Positions 1 through 12,087 of a stretch of 64,000 nucleotides of DNA are shown here, piece by piece. The first letter of the stretch is position 1. Each line of letters opens with the position of its first letter. The notes under the pieces were generated by a model. It was not told the DNA's origin. It did not search any database and saw only the letters and a program-made list of their open reading frames with translations. The DNA is from Ylistrum balloti. Lineage: Eukaryota. Both the position numbers and the translations under genes were made by a program. The stretch lies in assembly GCF_031769215.1 (NCBI RefSeq), contig NW_026781892.1:1054001-1118000 (forward strand). The letters run 5' to 3'.

Positions 1-160
1 TGTATTACACAAGGTAATACACTGAGTATGTATATATATTACACAAGGTAATACACAAGATATGTATTACACAAGTAATACAAGGGACATGTATTACACA
101 ATGTAATACACAAATTTATATTACACAAGTAATACACAGGACATGTATTACACAAGGTCG
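1..160. repeat. Degenerate tandem repeat with internal palindrome (TGTATTAC..GTAATACA), truncated by window start
   Basis: Repeated tgtattacacaaggtaatacac-like units; TGTATTAC and GTAATACA are reverse complements. Confidence 0.75.
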
Positions 161-701
161 TGACATAGCTTTGCTTGCATTAAAATACATTGGTCATACT
201 GAGATAATGTGCTGTAAACCAAATTCAAGGCCTGCAACATATTAATTATTAAACAGAATTATTGTCTTTTGATAAAATTTTGTATGCAATTAAGTCATTT
301 TCAGGAAGCATTCATTAGTTTCACTGAAAGGAAAGGGGATAAATAACAAATCAAGATATCTTGACCTTTTCTGGAGAGAAAAGTTATTTTCTGTTAGATT
401 TAACTTTTTTTGGAACATGCCACAAACATGGCTGTTGTATGACCTGTATTCCACTTTTATTTGATAACGTCAAGTTACATCTCGTTATACCAGAATATAT
501 TCTTCTATTCATTTAAAGGATATTTTATGTTCGACCTGAGTATACTTTGCAAGATATATGTTGATTTGGTTTTTAATACTTAAGCTATGTATATATCCTG
601 TACTTGAGGAAAGTGTACAATTTGTAATGTACTTGGGGTCATAGATTGATAGAATCTGTTACCTGTATATGTTTAATGTCCTGCCGAAATTCTCTTAACA
701 T

Positions 702-869
702 CAGGCATCAGTTTCACGAATCTTCCTTAACTTAGGAAATCTTAACTAACATTAAAGATGACAAAAGTTGAGGAAAAACTTCCAATTTAACTACATATGC
801 TTTCCTATGGGTAATATTAAGTACAGGAAAATTCCTGAAGTTAACAAAGATTCCTGAAACAGGGGCCAG
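702..869. mobile_element. Degenerate MITE-like element
   Basis: Left caggcatcagtttcacgaatcttccttaacttagga matches the reverse complement of the right end (ctggcccctgtttcaggaatctttgttaacttcagga), about 40-bp imperfect TIR; no coding capacity. Confidence 0.55.
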
Positions 870-1036
870 TTTTGCCTTGAATGAGGATTTGATAAAGAAA
901 GACAGCTCTTGACTAAGATGAAAGATCTCTAATATATATGCGTAATAGATTTTATTTCATTTACATCATTTTTGTCAAAATTTGAACAAAATCTCAACAA
1001 TTTTTTCCAGTTCAATTAGATTATCTCCCTTTTCAG

Positions 1037-1161
1037 GTAGAATCAGACAGGCAATCAAATATGACTTCCTTTTAATAGTAGCAACTTTTGGTGCCTTACA
1101 TGACATAACGGTACCAGAGAGAGGTACCAGAGAGAAGAACCTGGCACTGGGAAGCATGTAA
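1037..1161 (+). CDS. Candidate terminal exon of an unidentified upstream gene
   Basis: Pyrimidine-rich acceptor atctcccttttcag, then an open frame RIRQAIKYDFLLIVATFGALHDITVPERGTREKNLALGSM*; no family recognised. Confidence 0.3.
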
Positions 1162-1914
1162 AAAGTCCCTGTCTCGTGCACAAATGTCATGGCTTTACAA
1201 CATATGATTATCTAAGTAAGAAAAATTTACCATCCAGGTCAGTGTAAGTGTCTTATAGAGATATTAATATGAGAGTTTTTGCTCGTTTCTAGTGAGTTAC
1301 ATGATAAATTGAATCTTACAATCATGTCCATGTAATATAGAATTAAGCTCATAAAATAACTAGAGAAATTGTTCACTGAATTCTTGTTACATACCACACT
1401 TTTCTCATTAAATTCCATATTACATAGAAACTCTGTTATATGTTGAAACACAAAATGACAAATTTGATAAGTTAAAAAGTTAATTTTATTAAAAATAAGA
1501 TAATTTCATGCATTATAAAAAGTACTCTTCAAAATAACCTACACTACGTTCACGGACAAGTTGTGAGGTTAGCAAGGCAATATCGTTGTATAGTCATCTT
1601 AACAGCTTAAACAACCAGAGCACCTTCATAAATTAGTCAGTGTATTTTCACACGTTATGAACTACTGTACTCTCTTCAATTGCTGCGAGATGTGGCACTT
1701 CTCAGATCTTTTTCCGACATACATATGCTTAAATAGTTCTAAATGCCTTTTTCCTAAAAATAAATCATCATAATTTCCTCTAAATGTCATTGATAAAACT
1801 GTACTGATCAACAATCCTGTCTAGAACCTCCAAACCCTGATCATAAAGTGTAATTTTAACTCATATACAGATAACTAGCATAACCACTCACTGCTGACTC
1901 CTACAATCTTTATT

Positions 1915-2600
1915 CTTTATGACCATTTACAGATAACCTCTACCCTTACAATCTTTATGACCATTTACAGATAACCTCTACCCCTACAATCTTTATGACC
2001 ATTTACAGATAACCTCTACCCCTACAATCTTTATGGCCATTTACAGATAACCTCTACCCCTACAATCTTTATGACCATTTACAGATAACCTCTACCTGTA
2101 CAATCTTTATGACCATTTACAGATAACCTCTACCCTTACAATCTTTATGGCCATTTACAGATAACCTCTACCTGTACAATCTTTATGGCCATTTACAGAT
2201 AACCTCTACCCCTACAATCTTTATGACCATTCCTGGATAACCTCTACCCCTACAAACTTTATGACCATTTACAGATAACCTCTACCCCTACAATCTTTAT
2301 GACCATTCCTGGATAACCTCTACCCCTACAATCTTTATGACCATTCCTGGATAACCTCTACCCCTACAATCTTTATGACCATTTACAGATAACCTCTACC
2401 CCTACAAACTTTATGACCATTTACAGATAACCTCTACCCCTACAATCTTTATGACCATTCCTGGATAACCTCTACCCCTACAATCTTTATGACCATTTAC
2501 AGATAACCTCTACCCCTACAAACTTTATGACCATTTACAGATAACCTCTACCCCTACAATCTTTATGACCATTCCTGGATAACCTCTACTCCTACAATTT
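1915..2600. repeat. 38-bp minisatellite, about 18 copies
   Basis: Unit ctttatgaccatttacagataacctctacccctacaat, with variants (attcctggata). Confidence 0.95.
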
Positions 2601-3103
2601 TGATGGATAATTATGGATAATCTTTACCCATACACTCTTTTAGAAATATATTGATAATGCAATGTTTTTTGTTATTAAGCTGCCACTTTAATAATAAAAA
2701 TGTTCATAAAATAAATATGAAGAATACACAACACCATTTACATTCCAGACTTTTGTCCACTAGGCTTCTACTACATTTCCCACAATAGGTGTCACACTTT
2801 GAACTTCTTACACTGAAGGTCAATAGGTAAAAAGGGTCAGCAGGTCAGACCACTGACTTGTTCATCTGCTCATGAACCAGAGGTCAATCATGACCAAAGC
2901 TGTCCTTATCTAGGCAAACCAGAAGTCAGTCCAGAAAACATATATATGAATCCTGACAAAATGGTTGCCCCAGGATCTGAAGTTTCATATCAAATGTTAC
3001 TTAACATGTATCCTCACCACTGGCTTTGTACATCTATAACCATGTATTTTGTTGTTATACAAGTCACAACTGAAATATCTTTACAAAATCCTACATAGAT
3101 GTT

Positions 3104-5185
3104 TTAATCATGTGCACCCCGAATCTTCCTTGCCAACCAGATATCTTTAGGCATCAATGTGACCCGTTTGGCATGTATAGCACACAAGTTGGCATCCTCA
3201 AACAGATGTACCAGGTAGGCCTCAGCAGCCTGTGGAAAGAAACTGCTAGTGTCAGAGGTCAAGGTTCAGACTTCAAATCTATATATAGTAATTATCTCAA
3301 TAAGAAAATGTATTGAAATGAAGGTAATTTTAGACATGTCATTGGGGTAACTCTGTTAACAAGCAAGCATGGTGGCAAACAGCAATGTTCAACACCATCA
3401 TTAGTATCACATCTTCTTCGTATATGTCCAATTATGGCAGGACAGCATTTATATCAATGGGGTTTTAAGCCAATGGTTCCTTGATGACAATTGCAATGAA
3501 GTGATAAAAATTTGATCAAGTGTTTCTCTGAGTTCAGTTCTTGTCTTTTCAACTTTACTGTCTTACTGCAAAGAGGTAATATTTCTTTATGAGAATAGCA
3601 GTAGAAGTTGAAAGATTTGATTTTTCTTTTTTCAGATACTTATTAGCTCTAGCATGCGAGATTCAAAGAAGCATCTACACACAATACAAATACAAAAATG
3701 TTAGATATTGAGGGTCAAAGTTCAAACTTATACATAAACACACACTATAGCAATGTCAGAGGTCAATGATCATTGTTTAAATTTATAAATGAATATAATA
3801 CAGGAACAACAATGTCCGAAGTCAAAGATCAGAATTTATATCTAGACATACATATAGTACAGACACTTATACAATACAGGTACAACAGCTATGTAAACAG
3901 TGTTAGAGTCCACATAATGCTCACCTCCTGAAGAGCCATGATGGCAGTGGCCTCCCATCTCAGTTGTACACCAGGATGTTTGTTTTGAACTATCTCACGC
4001 ACCTAACGGGTGAAAACATTTCTAATTAATTTTATGACATATCTTTTTAAAATCTGCTCGGAGAAAAAACTGGATTACCTGTGACAATTCAAAGTAAATA
4101 ATAAAGTTTTTTGGAAACATGACTATTTATATTTTTACAATATATAAGCAGCATTTCCCTAAACTCTTTGTATTTTGAAACTGGGGTAGTGTATCTCTAA
4201 CTATGTAGTTATATTATTGGGCAGTGATTGAAAACATGGACTGCAGGTATTGAGTTTCACCACTTTGGGAGGTTTTTTACCCTCATTCAACAGTAATGAG
4301 AGCAAAGATATCAGGAACTCTCATTTTCATGCACTATACTTCAATCATATGAACAGATAATAACTTGAGGTAAAACTTTTTTTTTCCTAATAGAAAACAA
4401 TATTAAGGAAGTTGACATAGAAATGGTGTAGTGTTTTCATTATTGGGTACGTTGATATTGTTCCAATTATACAACGCCCAATCAATATAATATGCATTAT
4501 TCAACATCAATAGCATCAGATATGAACAGCATTGATATTGAATTATTCAACAATACTAAGTGTCAAAAAGGTAAATTAAAAAGTTCTCTTTTTTTTTAAA
4601 TGATCATACCACTCGAGAAAATGGAAGTTTGCGGAGCAATAAATCACTTGACTTTTGGTACTGGCGAATTTCCATCAAGGCTTTTGTTCCTGGTCGATAT
4701 CGATAGGTTCGTGTCCTTGAGGATGCTGAAAAATATTTGAATATAAATGAAATATTAGTTATGATAAATTGTAAAGCAACGTTAAAGAAATAGAAACGCC
4801 TGTTTTCGGGAATATAACCTATTCATAGCCTGGCAGCAAAAATTAAAAATCATGAAGTATCGTTTAGTCTTTGTATCAGATCTTCCTACTACTATATCTT
4901 CATTTATTTGCTATATTTCTAGAAGGACTTGTCTAATACACAAGGTCGATTTATTTTGAAAAAAAAATATACACATAGTTGTAATGTTATAACGAGAATC
5001 TCGACGGATCTGTTGACAGATTAACTGGGAAGGCCGATGGCGACGGCTTGTCAACAATATACATGTCTCAAAAGATAACATTTCTCACCCGATTTATGTT
5101 TGGAAGGTGATTCGTATTTAGATTTCCTCTTAGCGGCCCCTGTTTTCTTTGCATGGCTTGCACTTTGATTTGATAAGCGTGGCAT
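3104..5185 (-). CDS. CENPA: Centromeric histone H3 variant CENP-A/CenH3, 138 aa
   Basis: Exons 5185-5089, 4725-4610, 4002-3925, 3229-3104 (GT-AG, phases 1/0/0) give [139 protein letters not shown]3 fold with CenH3 diagnostics: non-H3 tail, Q68->S, F84->W, T107->A, loop 1 longer by 2 residues. Confidence 0.93.
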
Positions 5186-5524
5186 GTTTTCATTCTGATT
5201 CTAACCCAACATTTAAATGAAGCCGCTCGTGTCAACAAGACGCTTAGAATCAGCTATCATCCAGACGCTTCTTTGCAATTTGGGGTACTACTAAAGCTAT
5301 GCTAAATTACAAAGCAACGCGTAAAAAAAACCAGAAAAATGCATGTTTTCGGGAATATAACCTAGATTGACAGCAAAAAAAAAAAAAACAAAAGTAATTA
5401 GATATCGTTCAGCCTTTGTATCAGATCTCCCTACTACTATATCTGTGGTTCTTTATCTATTTTTTAAATATTTCTGAAAGGAATATAACTCACACAATGC
5501 AGATTTATTCTGAAATATACATAG
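4766..5524. repeat. Diverged direct repeat pair (about 4766-4978 and 5304-5524) flanking CENP-A exon 1
   Basis: Shared collinear blocks aaagcaacg, tgttttcgggaatataaccta, tttgtatcagatct(t/c)cctactactatatct, gatttatt.tgaaa. Confidence 0.85.
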
Positions 5525-7957
5525 AATATATGCAGAAATTACAAGTCTTTGCAATCACTTCATGATACAAAAATCTATACATAGTAATAGTAATAATGTC
5601 ATAATTCTTAGCTCGATATTACATACACCTGTCAAAATTTTTAAACTTTCATTTATCAGAAAATTGCCTCCCTCAGATTTCAACTGACCTTTCTTTCACA
5701 TTTGGTAGGGGCTTAGTCAGCATGACATGTAGTTGTGTTATCCTTGACAGCAGTTTCAGTCTACTGTATTTGGGAGAGTTACTGCCCCTTGTCGTTTGCA
5801 TTATGTTAATTTTATTGTTTTCAAAATGTTAATCTTGTCCCGAGATCTACTCTGTCTTCTGCCGAGCTTGGTAAGTTATTCCTTTACAACAATTAAATTG
5901 AAAAAATTTTGAAGGAGTTATTTACCCTTGATTTTTTAAGCAGTTCAATTTTGTACAAAGACTTTTCGTCAGTTTTTCACCAAATTCTCTGAAACTTGAT
6001 ACGTGTTAAAACATTACATAAAATTGCATTGTCTTCTTTTGTCTTTAACCAATTTCTTTGAAACTTGTTTTCCTTCTCTATGGTTCGACTCAATTTTACC
6101 ATTTCCATATTAGTATACTTTTTGATACAGTAAATCATGAACATTTTTGGCGGGGATGGGCGTATGTTCGTCCATCCCATGATACCTTTGTTTTCTTTAA
6201 AACAATATTTTTGTAGTTGATTTTTCAAATGTTCATCTGTTTCACACTATTCAACTGTGATACATTACATTCAAGTATGCTGTTCCACATGTATCTGTTT
6301 TTTGTGTTAACGAATAATTTCTAGTAAATAAAAAACCTAAAAAACTTTTGAATGAATTGCAGTTATGGTCTTTCCTGATTGAATTTTCTTTAATTGTCAA
6401 TCAATCTGTAACGTCTTTGCTGCCTTGAATATCCATCCAGTTTTAAGAAATTCCATACAGACATTCCAAAGACATGTCAAAAATTCAAAATGGCCATTGG
6501 CGGCCATGAATATCTAATGAAGCTCAATATATTGTATGCACTACTAGGACCAATACTTCGAGCTTAACCATTCAATATCAGGAAAAACCCATCAGCAGTT
6601 AAATCATTATAATGTGCAGTATTATCTAATTTATATTAAATTTAATTTAAAGGAATTTACTTATAAATTTTTTACTTTTAAGCATCACAGCCTATGATTC
6701 TTTCTAGACAATAGCACGGCCAGCTGTTGGACACTTAATAGATAATGAATCAAGCGATTTAGCATTAAAGTTTAGAACTTTGATATGGTACATGTAACCA
6801 ATGTTACTCTACTGATATATTGAAAGTCAATAGGTCAGGACTGTAAAAGATGAGTAGTCGCCTCTAAAAGAGACTTCCACGGATAGTTAGTCAGACTCTC
6901 ATTAGTTTAAGCTTGTCATTGCTCTTTTGTTCTACAATTTCAAGTGTAGGCTCCCCCTTATGAATAATTTGGTATTGTCCACATTGAAACTGCTTTGACC
7001 AACAAAATGTCCCACTTGCAGCCATCTTTGATTTCAACAATTGTAGTTGGTTACCAGGTGGGTCATTCTCAAATAGGACATGTAGATTTCCCTTGGTGCT
7101 TATTTGATCTTGGAGTGATGGGAAACCAGAGAAAGAAGAGAGGAGGTGGAAAGAGCCAATGGATAAAGGGTCTCTAAAGACAAGACAAAGATGGAGCAAA
7201 GACCCCACTGGAATTCTGTGAAGGTCCTAGATGCATTTCCAAATTTCATGACAGATGATGATGGCCATTTTGGATTTTGACATATGTGTATTTGATTGCT
7301 TTTCTCAAGAACTTGTCAACATAACCAATAGAGGCCCTTATACATTTTCAGGTTGATGAGCTTTTCAACATATCTGCTAGTGGCCATTTTGTATGGACAT
7401 CAATACATGTATTACTCTTTTAATTCCAAGTGAAGAAGAAAATATTACCCTTGAAATGTTCAGAATATATTGATTTTTGATGTGTATGTCATATTTTGAG
7501 CTTTATCAAAAATCCAAGATGGCTGCAAGCAGCCATTTAGTATTTTGATATCTGAAGTTTATATTGCTGACATTTCTGAAGAACAGCTGAAATCATCACA
7601 GGATAACCAAGATGATGTTATAATGATCAGTTTAACAATAGAGGATCTGGAACCTTTCAAAACATGTTAAGAATTGGTTATTCAAACCAGGTAGGTAGCT
7701 TTTTGAATACTGGAGGAATCACATTAAAATGTCCAAAGCCTTTATGTATTCATACGTTTTACTTTTGCTAACACTGATACAATGTATTTATATAGTATCA
7801 GCTGGCTAGGGGAAAGAACCATCTACCCCAGGTAGTGTAGAACTGACAGGATTTTAATTATTCATGCAGTTCATTATGGCATTCTTCAATGATAATCTTT
7901 AACTAACATATCACAGTGTCTAAACGAGCGAAGATATAAGAATGTAATGACAAAAAC

Positions 7958-7962
<5 letters not shown>

Positions 7963-7997
<35 letters not shown>

Positions 7998-8027
7998 TTC
8001 ACGTGTGTGTGTGTGTGTGTGTGTGTG
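7963..8027. repeat. Compound (TA)n/(GT)n microsatellite
   Basis: Direct reading. Confidence 0.98.
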
Positions 8028-9132
8028 AAAATGTTCCATATGAATGAAGATGGGAACTCTGAAATATGTAAATTTAAATGTGGGTTAAAATGGACCATAA
8101 CTGTTGTAAACTTCACTTCTATTTTTTCTTATTCAAAACACTAGAGTATATGAATCATCACTTCACAAGATTTCAAACTTTAAGAGAAAAAGTAACAAGG
8201 CAGTGCGAACAGACAGCGGGATACAACTTGATATATGGTCCACTTGGAAAATGTAAATAAAAGACAAAGCAATTTGTATCATACATCACTTTATTTTACA
8301 TTTTTCAGTATAAACATGAATTGCAATTTGCCTGATCTACTATACACTAAGTGTTGTCAGGTTGACCATATCCTTTGGAGTTGGCCACAAGTTTTAGATT
8401 TCAGTTGGATATTTCGGATTAGCATTGCTTCTAGCTGTCTAAAGTGAAAATACACTTAAAAGTAGAAATTCAATAAGTCAATCACAACTATATTCATGGT
8501 GTTACTTTCCATCATCCTATTTTTTTATTGTGAACATCTTGTCTCACTTCATTGATTTCTCTCTAATATGATAATCATATCTTTTCCTAGATGTAGTTGG
8601 GCATTATACTTACATCTAATATCATGAACAATTAAACATTGTACACTCAGATAATCTTCCACTCTCATTCGTCACTCTTGCACTTTCTACCTCTAATACA
8701 TATTCATTACCATCATCTATATCTCATCTTTCAAAATACTCTCCCATCTATTTTGCAAATGTCCAGAAACATGGTACTCTAACTTTCAATCTCAGCGAAA
8801 ACTCCATCAGATCCCATCTACAAAATGTAGAGATATCTCGTGTTGATAGAGCAGAGATAGTACTCTTAATCAATTGATGCACAACGCCAGGAACTCCTTT
8901 CTCCCAACATATCACCCAGCAACTATTAACACAACAGCACCAATTGTAATGGATCATAATACCTGATCTATACTGCGATAAATCGTGGTTCACCAAGGAC
9001 AATATTTGCAGTTAGTTCTTTCTGTACCGTGATAAAATTCTGTTTTCACAATGTCTTTCACTGAAGACAACAAGCACTGTTGGTTCTGTACTGTGATAAA
9101 ATGTCTGTTTTCCTGTCTTTCACAGAGAACAA

Positions 9133-11718
9133 TCACCGTTGTCTGTTCTGTACTGCCTCTTTCCTAGCAGCATCCTGTAGAAGTTGTGTATCACATTCAT
9201 CAGCTGGGAGCTGGACATACCTTACGACTGATCCTCTAATGAAACAGTTCTTCACAGATAACTAAATAAGATAAAGAAATTACATCAACCATTGTGTAAA
9301 CAAACTATAGTCGTGACATCGTAGTTGATATTTTCTGTGGGTATAAAATTATTACAAGGTGATATGAGGATGAATGTCAAACAACTTTAAACAAGTACTC
9401 TTCTAATAAGTAAACAAGAGGCACATAGAGCCTGTATGACTCATCTGCTTTTGCTTTATCTAATTAAAAGGAAAAGGATCCAAAGTTTGACAAAATACTG
9501 TATTTTCTACAGCAGGAAAAATTATCAAGAATTTGCTGTATAACCCCTATCAGTCCTAATCCCAGGGGACCAACACCAACCATTTTACAAAACTGATTTC
9601 TATTCATGCAAGGACAATTTCCTCTCTTGGGCCCTGCCCCTGAAGGTCTGGACCCACTCTTTCTGCGAAACTGATGGCCTTTTAACAAAGGATGTGCCAA
9701 ATCAATTTGGGACAGAATACTGGCATTCCTAGAGATAAAGAAGGATTTTCAAGAATTTGTTCCATTTGCTCTTTTGTGAGTCCAGACCCACCGTTTATAC
9801 ATAATTTATTCTCTGTCATCCAAGGATGCTTCAATCCAATTGGGGCAGAATCCAAGCATTCCTGCAGAAGAAGGATTTTCTTAATCCCACCCCCACCCCA
9901 TCCCAGTGGGCCCCCATCATTTATACAAAATTTCTTATCCTTCACCTAAGCATGCTTCAGACTAAATTGGAACAAAATCCATGTATTAAAATGATTTTTA
10001 AAAATTTGCCCTATTTCCCCTATTGGAATCTGCCCCTCTCATCCAAAGACTGTTGAAACCCATCACTTACACATAATTGAATTCCCTTCACTTAATCATG
10101 CTTCAGACCAAATAAGGACAAATTCCATGCATTCCTACAGAAGGCCTTGTTCTACTTCCCCTACGAGGGCTGATGTACAAAGTGTGGATAGTGGTCATGG
10201 TCTGTGACTGACTTACCATGTGTGGATATTTGTCTGGGTCAGTGACGGAGATATCTGTCAGTTTGATGTTCAAGAATTGATCAACAGAATGAAGAGTTCC
10301 ACATATACTGCGAAAAAGATATAAACATGAAAATAAGTTACATGGTATTTATAACTCATCATAACATTATAACTGATTTGACACTTAATTAACAAACCGC
10401 AACTTGATTCAAAAAATTATTTTTGATTCCAATAATTTCTTACTAGGATAATTTTCAAAATTTCATTAAGCAAGTATTTACCTGAGGTCATTTTTCAATT
10501 CTACCACAACATCCTTTCCAACAAGGGATTTGAAGAATGAGTAAAACAACTGCAAAAATAAACAATTTATTCATTACATATTATGTATCACCAGTAGAAT
10601 TCAAATAATTACTATATATGTTTATATTTAATTTTGTAAAACTGTCAGCTGTGCAATTTGTTACGTGTATTCCTAAATTATGGTCTAATTATACTGACAC
10701 TTAACTAGCTATTTATAACAAACTTCACGATGTAATCCCATTTTTGCTTTCTTACACTAGTTAGGAGAAAGACTGTTGGTACAGACAGTGGCACTACTCA
10801 TGGTAGGGTTACTGTTAGACCATTATTTATGTAGCATAATCCTATTAAATTGGATATCATCAATTGTAACACAGAAGACACTGATAATATAAACTTTATT
10901 TACAACAATTGCAAAATAAGTTACACTAATCACTCCTGTTGGCCTGGATGCCAGCATGCATGGGGTCTTACTGCATGGTCAGGTAGATGACCCCTAATGG
11001 GAAGCAAACTTTGACAGTTAAGTGAAGGGCAAGTGAATTACCAGTGTGCTACCCTAATGATGATATAAGTTGATGACAACAACTTCTGTCCTTTTCAATT
11101 TCACGTCTTTTTAACTTTTACAAGTCAGTGTGAGCTTTGGATCGCGACACAATTTGGTCAGCATTTTAGTTATTTTGTGTACTGAAACATGTGTAGCATG
11201 TTACAGAGGGTAAGTTGCTAATAGTTTTCTGTTGCAAATGCTTTAAATACCTTTCAGATCAGTACTCAATACAGTAACGGTTACTCAAATACATGGTCAT
11301 TATACGCATATAAAAAATCAAGTTTAATTTTCAAAATTTATATTTGATTTCAAACTTTAGCACTGGAGATGATCATATTAGTTTCCAGTAAATGTAGGCT
11401 TCTGTCCGGATATATATTTTCTGGTATGATAGAAAATTGTTGATTGTGATATTTGATATCAACCGTTTTTATCATACTATATAATACAATGGTACAGACT
11501 ACAGTATCGTCAAAACAGGGGACGCAACATGTATATAACAGTAGCACATTCAGTTTTTAAACTAACAACATTAAACAGTCTCCTAAACATGCAAACACAC
11601 ACACTAGCACAAAAATGCGAACAAACAACAGAACACTCTGTTGCTGCTCAGAAAGGGAAATAAACAAATACTACTAAAAATATCGCATTGCATACGACTG
11701 TTGTGCGATACCAACCAT
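9133..11718 (-). CDS. LSM2: U6 snRNA-associated Sm-like protein LSm2, 96 aa
   Basis: Exons 11718-11716 (ATG only, inferred), 10549-10482, 10307-10217, 9261-9133 give MLFYSFFKSLVGKDVVVELKNDLSICGTLHSVDQFLNIKLTDISVTDPDKYPHMLSVKNCFIRGSVVRYVQLPADECDTQLLQDAARKEAVQNRQR*. Confidence 0.96.
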
Positions 11719-12087
11719 CGTGCCGCTTGCCGGTGATATTTAGTAAACGAGACTTTGCGAGAAATGCACACTTCCGGTACAAGTGACCATTGCGTTTTCT
11801 TGAGTTAAAAGTATAATCACTTTAATACTAAATAACAGAATAGTGGAAAATGAAAGAAAGCGTATGGTTGCACTATTCGATTTCTCTTGTAAGTCTTTTT
11901 AAGCAACAAAATAAAAGTAGGAAATTGTATACCACGTGACATTTTCCGAAGTTTTAACAAACGAACCCATAGTCTCGGTCATCTAGGCGCTTGACCAATT
12001 TGTAACTTGCGAAGACTACAAGGCTCTGGTTGAACAAGATTACAAAACTCGCACTGTCACGACGGACTCGACATCGGATACAAAAAG
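11719..12087. promoter_or_regulatory. Bidirectional promoter LSM2/PSMB1
   Basis: Divergent start codons about 370 bp apart; ETS-type ACTTCCGGT at 11770-11778; E-box CACGTG near 11933; CpG-retaining island. Confidence 0.75.

Noticed and set aside
1915-2600. 38-bp array as a junction-seeded repeat (contains tttacag)
   Set aside because: No exon could be found at either end.
3104-4725. Canonical histone H3 or H3.3
   Set aside because: No ARTKQTARK tail; CenH3-diagnostic substitutions and a longer loop 1.
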